A stretch of DNA of 64,000 nucleotides from an uncultured Gemmatimonadales bacterium (lineage in GTDB: Bacteria > Gemmatimonadota > Gemmatimonadetes > Gemmatimonadales > Gemmatimonadaceae): contig CAVPQB010000006.1 of NCBI GenBank assembly GCA_963707505.1, forward strand, positions 756,581-820,580, written 5' to 3'. Numbering within the stretch: the stretch's first letter is position 1; every line of letters begins with the position of its first letter. The notes below the pieces were generated by a model that made no database searches, had not been told where the DNA came from, and saw nothing but the letters and a program-made list of their open reading frames with translations. Of the stretch, positions 30,475 through 38,847 are shown in pieces. Made by a program: the position numbers and the translations under genes.

Positions 30475-30779
30475 GTTACTTCCTCCTGTGTGAGGGGTGT
30501 GCCGTCTTCGCTGCTTCTGATCTCGAGGCCAAATGCCTGCGCGAATCCCAGCAGCGCTTCTTCCAGCACGGACATCTTCAGCCGGTAGATGATCGTCCGG
30601 CCGTGCCGTTCGGCCTGAATCAGATCGGCCGCGGCCAGCACTGCGAAGTGGGCCGACATCGTGGACTTGGTGACATCGAAGTGCTCCGCGATCTCGCCCG
30701 CACTCATAGGCCCCTTCTGGAGAAGTTGAAGAACCTGTCTCCTGGTCGGATCGGATAGTGCCCTGAATACGTTGCCCAT
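30471..30779 (-). CDS. ArsR/SmtB family repressor, SdpR-like
   Basis: VFRALSDPTRRQVLQLL..GPMSAGEIAEHF...TMSAHFAVL..ADLI. Confidence 0.92.
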   Translation of the reverse strand: MGNVFRALSDPTRRQVLQLLQKGPMSAGEIAEHFDVTKSTMSAHFAVLAAADLIQAERHGRTIIYRLKMSVLEEALLGFAQAFGLEIRSSEDGTPLTQEEVT

Positions 30780-30780
30780 C

Positions 30781-30804
30781 TTCGATATTTAGCCAATCAT
30801 CGAA
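30781..30804. promoter_or_regulatory. Candidate ArsR operator
   Basis: TTCGAT-N12-ATCGAA inverted repeat in an AT-rich patch immediately upstream of the ArsR start. Confidence 0.55.
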
Positions 30805-30880
30805 ATATAGGCAAGAGGAGAGTTTTTGGGTCACTGACGCGCTGCCCGACGCGGGCTGCAGGGGCGGGGTCTGCAGGGGC

Positions 30881-31048
30881 GGGGTCAGGTCTTGCCCCGT
30901 GCGCCGATCCCGGTCATTGCAGCTTTTCGCTACACCGCGCGCCGCGTCGACCGCACGATCGGCGGGCGCTCCGGTATCAATTGATCGCGCGTTCGCCGAA
31001 CGGTAGGCAACTCAGAGCGTCAGCGCGCACAGGGCAAGACCTGACCCC
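30881..31048 (+). mobile_element. Family-B MITE, 168 bp
   Basis: Direct repeat of 29424-29591, sharing the downstream 10 bp GTTGCCCTCG. Confidence 0.95.
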
Positions 31049-31189
31049 GTTGCCCTCGATAGCGAATGGGAAGCGGTGGGCCGCGGCGCACACGCGGTGA
31101 TCGATGAAGCGAAAGCCACCAGGAACTGCGCGTCTTCGGTCTCGACCAGCAGTCCTGAGGCGCGACACTGAAATGGCGCGGCTGGTGCG

Positions 31190-31249
31190 GCCTTACAATT
31201 CATTCAAGCCCAAGCCGTTGCGCGACTCGGCTTGGTTCAGGCGTCAGGT
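31190..31249 (+). other. Degenerate 60-bp integron attC site
   Basis: GCCTTACAATTCATTCAAGCCCAAGCCGTTGCGCGACTCGGCTTGGTTCAGGCGTCAGGT follows the short Xanthomonadales-type attC pattern; AAC changed to TAC and GTT to GTC. Confidence 0.8.
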
Positions 31250-31285
31250 GACAACAGGCTTCGATCTCTATCAGGGGTGGACAAC

Positions 31286-31798
31286 ATGCACCGGCTATCA
31301 ATCGTCGCTCTCGCACTCCTCTGCTCGCCCGCAGCGTTGTTCGCGCAAGACCCGAAGCCCGACTCGCTATTTCCACGCCTCGTGGGAAATTGGGTACTGC
31401 GCGGTACCATCGCGCGACAGCAGACCATCCATGATGTGACGTTCGAGTGGCTGCTTGGCCGCGAGTACGTTCAGATGCACGAAGTATCTCGCGAGCGTGC
31501 GCCGAATGGCACGCCCGCCTACGAGGCCGTCGTACTGTTCGGACGTGACCCCAAGACCGGCGCTTATGCGTGCGTGTGGATGGACAACACCGCCGCGGCG
31601 GCATTTCCATCCGAGGGCACCGGCCGTGGGACCATCGCAGGCGATTCCATTTCGTTCCTTTTCAACTACACCGCTACGACGAGCTTTCATACGACATTCC
31701 TCTACGACTCGTCGACAGATTCCTGGCGATGGCACATGGACAACGACAGTTCCGGCGTCCGCAGGCCATTCGCACGAGTCACGCTTACCCGGCGGTAG
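31286..31798 (+). CDS. Secreted DUF1579-like beta-rich protein; integron cassette gene
   Basis: Signal peptide; LVGNWVLRG...FEWLLGREY...YACVWMDNT; flanked by attC-like sites. Confidence 0.75.
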   Translation: MHRLSIVALALLCSPAALFAQDPKPDSLFPRLVGNWVLRGTIARQQTIHDVTFEWLLGREYVQMHEVSRERAPNGTPAYEAVVLFGRDPKTGAYACVWMDNTAAAAFPSEGTGRGTIAGDSISFLFNYTATTSFHTTFLYDSSTDSWRWHMDNDSSGVRRPFARVTLTRR

Positions 31799-31813
31799 AC
31801 GCCGGCCGCTGCC

Positions 31814-31918
31814 ACCTAACGAACGTTGACGCAGTTGACTGGCTGCGGTAGCGTGCGGCGCTCTCGGGCATCGCGCCGTTCGCCGTCCACGACCGCTAGC
31901 AACCGCTGGACTTGGGGG
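31814..31918 (+). other. Degenerate attC site, right end lost
   Basis: RYYYAAC box ACCTAAC 15 bp after the stop; GCCACCTAAC is complementary to the cassette-start GTCAGGTGAC at 8/10; imperfect internal hairpin. Confidence 0.6.
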
Positions 31919-31926
31919 TGACTTGG

Positions 31927-32078
31927 GGGGTCGACCAGTGCCGATCTCGCGCACAAGCCCGAGGGCGACCAGGGCCGCGAGTCCGGCGCCGCGGCACGCA
32001 GCGAACATCCAGTACTCGTTACGCCGCGCCAGATGATAAATGCCATTTGCTGGTTTCACTAAAGTCCACTCTGACCCC
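31927..32078. mobile_element. Family-A derivative: intact right TIR, degenerate left TIR
   Basis: AAAGTCCACTCTGACCCC ending 32078; GGGGTC at 31927 preceded by duplicated GACTTGGGGG. Left boundary uncertain. Confidence 0.55.
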
Positions 32079-32086
32079 GTATTCCC

Positions 32087-33559
32087 CTACCGCGCGCCGC
32101 GCTCCGGCCGGCCACCAGCATTCCACGCCGGCTTGAAGTCGCTCGTCGCGAGCCAACGCAGTGGATCGATCAAACTCTGAATCGCGGACGTCATGAACGG
32201 AATGTTGAGACTCGAAAACTCATCATCCGGCTGATGATAGGTCGGTGGTGTTCCCCAACCTGCTGCGGTATGCGCCACTACTCCCTTCAGTGCGAGCGCA
32301 TAGTTGTCCGAGCGCTCGAAGAAGTGCTCCTCCGGGTACGGATCCGGTCCGAGCAACGCACCGTGTGCCTTGAGCGCGGGTCCGAGATTCGATCGCTCCC
32401 ATCCCGTGAACAACAGCGTACCCTTCGATGTCTTGGGATCCTGATTGCCGATCATCTCGAATTCGACATTCGCAACGAGACTTGTCAGCGGTACCGGCGG
32501 ATGCTCACCGAAATATGTCGAGCCGAGCTCGCCAATTTCCTCGCTACCGTAACAGACGAACAGAATGCTCCGTCGGAGCCTCGGGCCTGCTGCGAGTGCA
32601 TGCGCAAGCTCCATCACCGCCGTCGTTCCGGCAGCGTCGTCGTTCGCTCCGTTGTAAATCGAGTCGCCCTTTACCGGTCGTCCGATTCCCAGATGGTCCA
32701 GATGCGCGGAAAGCAGAATCGTTCCGGCCGACGGATCGGTACCCTGCAGATATCCAATCGCGTTGTACGTCATGCGCGGTTCAGCCTGCGGCACGACCTG
32801 CACCGCGAGAGTCGCGGGCGCGCCATCGTTTTCACTTGCGAGCCGAGCGGCTGCAGCAGCAGTGAGCACGACGACATTTCGTGCAACTGCTGGTTGCGGG
32901 CTGTCCTTGAGCCGAACGCCTACGCGAGTGCGTCCGCCGATTTGGGTAGACATCGCGTCCGTCGCCGGACTCGCCGGTACCAGCACGACAGCTGCACCAG
33001 CGCGAATCAGTTGCGTCGCCAAGCCCATCGCTTTCAGTGGATCGCCGCCAACGAGAACGACCGCGCCCCTGGCGTGCGCCTGCGCCAGATTCTCGGGCAG
33101 AACTTTCACCAACGTTGCGGTTACGGGAGCGCCGGAAGCGATGAGAAGATGAAAATCATCGCCTTCCTTCAACGTCACGTTGCCGACTGTGAGCGTTGCA
33201 TTACCCGATAAAGTCGGCGATACGACTTCAGCGCTCTGTATGTATCCCGTCATTCCCGGCGCGGTCTTCAGCCCATAGGCCATGAACTCGGAAGCAACAT
33301 AGGTTGCCGTAATCTGTTCATCGCGAGTCGCGCTTCCGCGACCGTGCATCGCATCGCTCGACAGAAAACGCTCGTGCGCCGCCACCCACTCCGGTCGCAC
33401 AACCCACGTCGATTTCTTTTGCGCTGCGCTGCGTGAACTCGGCGCCGCGGCAGTCTTCTGCGCCACCGCCTGCGTGAAAGGCAACAGCGCGCTCACCGAC
33501 AACGTGACCAGCAGCCGCGCGAACGACGAACGATGCCCTGCTATTTGACGCTCCTTCAT
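32087..33559 (-). CDS. M28 family metallopeptidase, secreted
   Basis: LSAHLDHLG, NGANDDAAG, GSEEIG, RSDN, YHQPDD. Confidence 0.92.
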   Translation of the reverse strand: MKERQIAGHRSSFARLLVTLSVSALLPFTQAVAQKTAAAPSSRSAAQKKSTWVVRPEWVAAHERFLSSDAMHGRGSATRDEQITATYVASEFMAYGLKTAPGMTGYIQSAEVVSPTLSGNATLTVGNVTLKEGDDFHLLIASGAPVTATLVKVLPENLAQAHARGAVVLVGGDPLKAMGLATQLIRAGAAVVLVPASPATDAMSTQIGGRTRVGVRLKDSPQPAVARNVVVLTAAAAARLASENDGAPATLAVQVVPQAEPRMTYNAIGYLQGTDPSAGTILLSAHLDHLGIGRPVKGDSIYNGANDDAAGTTAVMELAHALAAGPRLRRSILFVCYGSEEIGELGSTYFGEHPPVPLTSLVANVEFEMIGNQDPKTSKGTLLFTGWERSNLGPALKAHGALLGPDPYPEEHFFERSDNYALALKGVVAHTAAGWGTPPTYHQPDDEFSSLNIPFMTSAIQSLIDPLRWLATSDFKPAWNAGGRPERGAR

Positions 33560-33786
33560 TATCCTGACTCCGATTGCGTTTGATACCGATCGATAATTCC
33601 ATGTCCGCTCCATATTCCAGTCGAGCGACGTTCTGACAGCTATATAGTACCATTGCAGCGACCGACCGGCTGGAATCGCGCCAGGTCGAGTCTGCAATCT
33701 CTCGTCGCGGTCGGCGTGCGCGACGCCAATCGGTTCGGGACGGCGCGTTCATCCCGTGCTGCGGCGATGGTGTGCACGGGGGTGTT

Positions 33787-33878
33787 GGGTCAGGTCTTGC
33801 CCCGTGCACCGCTCCCAGTCAGCGCAGCGTTTCGCTACACCGTGCGGTGCTTCAACCGCAGGATCGGCGAGCGGCTCG
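33787..33878 (+). mobile_element. Family-B MITE, left half only
   Basis: GGGTCAGGTCTTGCCCCGTGCACC...TTTCGCTACACCGTGCGG...GGATCGGCGAGC; homology ends just before the adjacent gene stop. Confidence 0.85.
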
Positions 33879-33895
33879 AATCAGTCGACGGGCGA

Positions 33896-34459
33896 TCACG
33901 ATCTAGTGCACGCGTAGCTCGTCACAATCTCCTGCAGCCGGTCGGCGACCTCTGCGATCGATAACGCCGTTGTATCCACGATCGCGAGATTCAGCGCGTC
34001 GGCCTGTCCGCGCAAATATGCCGCCCACGTTTGCATCTGCTCTGTAACCAGCTCTGGTTGCTGGCGCTCAATGCGCAATCGCTCCTCGCGCACGCTGCGC
34101 TCACAATCGAGCAGCACGATTCCGATTTGCCGGTTACGCGGTGCACGTCCTGCCGCAGGTGTCAGTACGAACGAAGGCCGAGTCTGTGCGTCGAGAACAG
34201 CGACGCGGACTGTAGGCTCGAGGTGCTCCAGTCGGTCGAGCCATTGGTTCGTTGCCCACGCCTGCCACGCCTCGCCGCTGCCAAAGTCGCGCAGCATTAC
34301 GTCCGGCGACGGCACTCCGATGGTATCGAAGTGAAAACAGGCTACGCCGGGAAGTGCTCGGGTGGCGAGCGCACGGACAGCCGCCGTCTTTCCGGCGCCG
34401 GATGCGCCGGTCACCACCAGGGTGAAGCAAGGCTCGCGTGTGGACATGTCGGGGATCAT
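33896..34459 (-). CDS. Small P-loop NTPase/kinase-like protein
   Basis: Walker A VTGASGAGKT; FHFD; VLD; LLDC...REERL. Confidence 0.8.
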   Translation of the reverse strand: MIPDMSTREPCFTLVVTGASGAGKTAAVRALATRALPGVACFHFDTIGVPSPDVMLRDFGSGEAWQAWATNQWLDRLEHLEPTVRVAVLDAQTRPSFVLTPAAGRAPRNRQIGIVLLDCERSVREERLRIERQQPELVTEQMQTWAAYLRGQADALNLAIVDTTALSIAEVADRLQEIVTSYACTRS

Positions 34460-34634
34460 GTTGCTAGCGTGCAGTCGAAGAGCAGTTCGAAGTCCTCGGT
34501 GCTCGCCGGATCGCAGAACACATGGCCCTCAATGCGGCCACCGCGATCGGCCCAAGGTTGCGACGGAGCATCGCAAGACGCTCCAGATCGCCGTAGACGT
34601 AGATCATAGTGAACCGATCGGGTCTCAGGGCCAG

Positions 34635-34901
34635 CTACTTGGGTCTGCGTCCGTATCTCTCTATGTGGTCATGTGGGACAATATCTTCGAACAGAATTGC
34701 CCCGTTCTCCATTCGGTATATGACTCTATCCCCATCGGTACACCGGGCCTCGTTGTAGTACTTGTCGGGCTCGATGGGCTTTACTCGCATGCCGGGCGTT
34801 GGATCATCCGACAGGAGTGCAATGATGACTTTGTCGGTCCCCTTTTTCTCCTGCGCTTGCAACGCTCTGTAGGTCTTCTCCCATTGCGCCGACACCCGCA
34901 A
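34635..34901 (-). CDS. Small RelE-like protein; N-terminus at the junction uncertain
   Basis: WEKTYRAL...PGMRVKPI...EARCTDGDRVIY...IVPHD resembles RelE-superfamily patterns. Confidence 0.5.
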   Translation of the reverse strand: MRVSAQWEKTYRALQAQEKKGTDKVIIALLSDDPTPGMRVKPIEPDKYYNEARCTDGDRVIYRMENGAILFEDIVPHDHIERYGRRPK

Positions 34902-36536
34902 TGGGTCATCGTCGATCTCGGGGCTGAAAAGCCGGTGAGCGCGATTCGCATCGCCTGGGAGAACCCGTACGCCTCAACCTATCGGGTGGAATATTGGGTG
35001 GGGAAACGCGCGCTCGATTTTGATGCAGGACCTCAAGGCGAATGGAGAGCGTTCCCGTCAGGTGAGTTCAAGGCCGCTAAGGGCGGCACAGTCTCCCTGA
35101 AACTGACCGAGACACCGGTGTCAACGCAGTATGTGCGCGTCTTGATGACGGAGTCTTCGAATACCTGCGATGAGCACGGATCGGACGACGTTCGGAACTG
35201 TGTTGGATACGCGATTCGAGAAATTCGAGTCGGAGGTGTGGACAGTAGCGGCGCTTTCATTGAGATGCAGAAGAACATTGGCGAGCGGCCAACCACGTTT
35301 TGCTCGTCCTCCATCGACCCGTGGCACTCAGCGGCGGACGTCAACGCTACGGGAGGCTACCAACACAGCGGTTTCGATATCTTCTTCAGCAGCGGACTCA
35401 CTAACAATCTGCCTGCGATGATTCCAGTGACCATGCTCTACGGAACACCGGACGACGCTGCCGCGCAGATTGCATACATAGAGAAGCGCGGCTATCCGAT
35501 CTCCTATATAGAGATGGGCGAGGAACCGGACGGCAAACACGCGATGCCTGAGGATTATGGAGCGCTCTACCTTCAGTGGGCCACTGCGATTCACAAGGTT
35601 GATCCCAAACTCAAGCTGGGAGGTCCTGTTTTCGAAGGTGTCAACGAAGATATTCGAGTTTGGCCCGACGCCCAAGGCCGTATTTCGTGGATGGGCCGAT
35701 TCGTGGATTATCTGAAGGCGCATGGCCGCCTTGCCGATCTCGCCTTCGTATCGTTTGAGCACTATCCCTTCGAACCCTGCGACATCACATGGAAGAGTCT
35801 CTACCTTGAGCCGACACTGGTGAAGCACACTCTGCAGGTCTGGCGAGATGACGGGGTTCCCAAGGAAGTACCGCTGATGATCACCGAAGACCACCTCGCC
35901 GCCAATCTTACCGGCCCGATGACAACAATCTTTGCGGCGTTGTGGCTTGCCGACAACGTTGGTTCGTTCTTCGAAGCCGGAGGGGCGCTCTTCACGCACT
36001 CTCCCATCCAGCCCCAGGGCATCCAGAACACGTGTTTGGGCTGGTCCTCGTGGTCGAACTTTGTATCGGATGAGGAGACCCTCGAGGTCAAGGGATACAC
36101 CTCGCCCTACTTCGCTTCACACATGATCAATCTGGAATGGGTGCAGCACAGATCCGGAATGCATTCGATGGTCCCAGCTTCCGTCAACATCAAGGATAGT
36201 GACGGCAACCTTCTGGTGACTTCATATGCGGTGCACCGTCCTGACAGTAACTGGTCGTTGATGTTGGTCAATCGCGACGAGAGCAATCCTCACACAGTCC
36301 GGGTTGTGTTCGAGGACGCCAAGAACAAACGGGAAGCATCTTTTTCAGGTCCAATCACCTTGGTGACTTTCGGCAGTGAACAATATGTTTGGATCAACGA
36401 TGGGCCCAACAGTCATGCTGATCCCGACAATCCGCCCGCGGCGACCACCATCAAAGCAGAGCCGGGGACAGTCTTCACCCTGCCGAAAGCGTCGATCACG
36501 GTGCTCCGGGGCAAGCTAAGTGGCTTGAAGGACTAA
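34893..36536 (+). CDS. 5'-truncated discoidin (F5/8 type C) plus clan GH-A-like glycoside hydrolase protein
   Basis: Begins abruptly at HPQWVIVDLG; AIRIAW; YIEMGEEPD, AIHKVDPKLKLGGP, LMITE; no start codon or signal peptide. Confidence 0.75.
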   Translation, partial: HPQWVIVDLGAEKPVSAIRIAWENPYASTYRVEYWVGKRALDFDAGPQGEWRAFPSGEFKAAKGGTVSLKLTETPVSTQYVRVLMTESSNTCDEHGSDDVRNCVGYAIREIRVGGVDSSGAFIEMQKNIGERPTTFCSSSIDPWHSAADVNATGGYQHSGFDIFFSSGLTNNLPAMIPVTMLYGTPDDAAAQIAYIEKRGYPISYIEMGEEPDGKHAMPEDYGALYLQWATAIHKVDPKLKLGGPVFEGVNEDIRVWPDAQGRISWMGRFVDYLKAHGRLADLAFVSFEHYPFEPCDITWKSLYLEPTLVKHTLQVWRDDGVPKEVPLMITEDHLAANLTGPMTTIFAALWLADNVGSFFEAGGALFTHSPIQPQGIQNTCLGWSSWSNFVSDEETLEVKGYTSPYFASHMINLEWVQHRSGMHSMVPASVNIKDSDGNLLVTSYAVHRPDSNWSLMLVNRDESNPHTVRVVFEDAKNKREASFSGPITLVTFGSEQYVWINDGPNSHADPDNPPAATTIKAEPGTVFTLPKASITVLRGKLSGLKD

Positions 36537-36588
36537 GCTTCTCCTTAGACTTGCATTTCTTCCAACGAACACACATGAGGACAAAGCA

Positions 36589-37179
36589 ATGAGCACTGGC
36601 ACTCGGCGCAACTTTGTTGGCAAGATCACGGCGATGACGGCCCTCGTAACCGGCGCTTCGAAGCTTTTCGCCGAACAGGCTTCGGCCACGGGCGCATCTG
36701 CATCTGGCAACGCGCCCGCGAGTGCGCCGGGCAAAGATACTTCCCATCGCTCCGGCGCCGAGAGCCACACACACGACGGGATCTACTACTTTTCTGGGAC
36801 GGGTTCCAATGACGGCTATCCCAAGGACGATCACGTTCTCGTGACTGATCCGTTCGAAAAGCACGTCACTCGCACAATGGACGCGCTCAAGAAGTCGGTT
36901 GAGCACGCGGGCTGTACCATGGACAGCATCATTCATCTCCAGGTTTTTCTGTGCCTCCCTCTTTCTGATGGCGTCACAACTCCGCTCGGAAAGGCACGCT
37001 TCGACGCGCATAAGGCGCAATATGACGCGTTGAATAAGATTTACGGAACCTACTTCTCTCCGGGAAAAGCTCCGTCGCGTGCATGCATGGCTGTCGAATG
37101 GATTCCGGGCGATTCGTTAATCGAAATCGTCGGCAGCGCGATGGTCGTCAATCCGCCGGCTACAGGTGCGGATCGATAG
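36589..37179 (+). CDS. RidA/YjgF-like protein with Tat-like signal
   Basis: TRRNFVGK leader; LNKIYGTYF..APSRAC....IP..SLIEI. Confidence 0.75.
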   Translation: MSTGTRRNFVGKITAMTALVTGASKLFAEQASATGASASGNAPASAPGKDTSHRSGAESHTHDGIYYFSGTGSNDGYPKDDHVLVTDPFEKHVTRTMDALKKSVEHAGCTMDSIIHLQVFLCLPLSDGVTTPLGKARFDAHKAQYDALNKIYGTYFSPGKAPSRACMAVEWIPGDSLIEIVGSAMVVNPPATGADR

Positions 37180-37316
37180 TTCGCGAAGGACGTTGAAAAG
37201 GGTGCCGGAAATTTTGGTCCGAACTGCGAAGGTGCAACTCCCATCCATTTCGATGTCGCGATGGTGGCAAGGGCCGCGGGGGAAGCGCCGATGCCCGATC
37301 TTGACTTGGACGACGC

Positions 37317-38836
37317 CTATCTTCTTTGGTAGCAGCCGATGTCGATGTGCCCTGATGTGACTCGCGGGGAGCCTTCAAGGTCCAGTTCTCCGACCGGTGC
37401 CCCGTCCGTTGTGCCAGCAGCGATCGCAGGAGAATCTGACCGCAGATGAAAGTCGTGGGCACCGGCGTCAACAAATTGCGGATCCATAAAACGGGAATTG
37501 CGGTCATTTCCCGTTGATTGCACATAGTTGTCGAACCCTGTCACCTGGCCAGAAGATGCTCCCCATGTGCTCGCTTTTGAGCCGGAAGCACAGTAATAAA
37601 GATTGTGATCGACAACTGCCGGGGGATGACTTTTGTCGACCTGCGATTTGTTCACTGCGATAAGACAACGAGACCCCGCGTAGACGATGTTGTTCGCAAA
37701 AATATTGTCTGCCATGTTCCATTGCATCTGGAATTCACCGGACCCTGTTGCGGACGTATCGTTGTCGTAGAGCGTGTTGTTGACCACGGTGCAGTGTTCG
37801 GTGTGTCCTCGCTCAGGTGCATAACCTCCGATGGAAACACCCGCGGTATGGCCGTGATAGATCAGGTTATTTCGTGCCGTGATGTAACTGGTCGCACGGT
37901 CCTTGTGCTCACTGGCCAGTTCGATTCCGAAGTCCACGTCGTGAATGACATTCTGTTCGATCAGGATCCTGGTGCCGCCGTCCACGTAAATGCCATCGGA
38001 ATTTTCGTCGTTGCCGTAGGCCGGATTGCCGCGCGATGTAATGTTGTAAACCAGATTGCCGCTTACCACTCCGTCGCGCGCCTGGTCCACGGCAGGGTCG
38101 GGCGCCGTGCGCTCAAAACCGATGACGTCGATTCCAATGTTGTTGTTGTCGTGGACAACGTTGTGGGTGATGCGGAAGTTCGTGACATTCCCGTTCACCA
38201 CCAGCGATTCGCTTGAACCGGTTTTGAGATGATGCACTTCATTGCCGTCAATCACCAGTTCACTGATCGGAGTCTTGGCGTCGGTACCGTATACCGCGAT
38301 GCCAAACCCGTTGCCGCCTCGTCCCGGAGCGTCGCGGCCTTCGAAAGTCTGCTCAATATGATGGACGTTGTTCTTCAGTAGTTCGATGTGGGAGCCGGAT
38401 CCGATAACGCTGATGCCCAATGGAGTGAGCCGATGCTCGGCGGTGTGGAAGTTGCGAATTTCAAAGCCTTCGATCCTGAACGTAACTCTTGATTGTGGAT
38501 CGTAAGTATGCCGCTTCTTGCCGAGGGTGTGAAATGCTCTGCGTCGAGGATTGCCGTCTCACCGGGATAGCTTCGAAACGTAATGTATCCATCCGTCGCA
38601 TTGCCGGAACGTTGATGCTTACGAGTTCTTCGTAAACTCCACCTCTGTACGTTGACGGTGCTGCCCGCACGCACGGTGTCTGCGGCATGCTGAATTGTGC
38701 GCCAAGGTGCCGTTTGAGTGCCGGGATTCGAATCACTCCCGGTTGTCGCCACGTAAACGGAGGAGTTGGACTGGCCCAACGGCCGCGGAGACGCAAACCA
38801 ATATCATAAAAACAGAGTTGCGCGTTTCAGATTCAC
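37317..38836 (-). CDS. Right-handed parallel beta-helix protein (DUF1565-like N-terminus), frameshifted
   Basis: YVATTGSDSNPGT..PWRTIQHA; Asn-rich repeats; DFHLRSDSPAI, DIGCY; frameshifts at about 38.4-38.8 kb. Confidence 0.8.
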
Positions 38837-38847
38837 TTTATCGTTCC

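Noticed and set aside
9738..31048. Classical target-site duplications around the elements
   Set aside because: Left and right flanks of individual elements do not match; the duplications are one-sided.
31104..31439. ORF containing PYNSFKPKPLRDSA
   Set aside because: This is the translation of the attC-like site and overlaps the real gene out of frame.
20200..33878. Repeats as a CRISPR array
   Set aside because: Units are ~168 bp with TIRs, separated by kilobases of genes; no cas genes seen.
2389..33878. Whole region as a canonical integron
   Set aside because: No tyrosine-recombinase integrase seen, genes lie in both orientations, and TIR elements lack AAC/GTT boxes; only 31190-31918 looks cassette-like.
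34465..34607. Short minus-strand ORF (MIYVYGDLERL...) as an antitoxin
   Set aside because: Under 50 codons with no recognisable motif; may be a gene remnant but cannot be supported.
34362..36536. 724-aa ORF as a single gene
   Set aside because: The first ~177 codons are antisense to minus-strand genes; protein-like sequence starts only at the junction near 34893.
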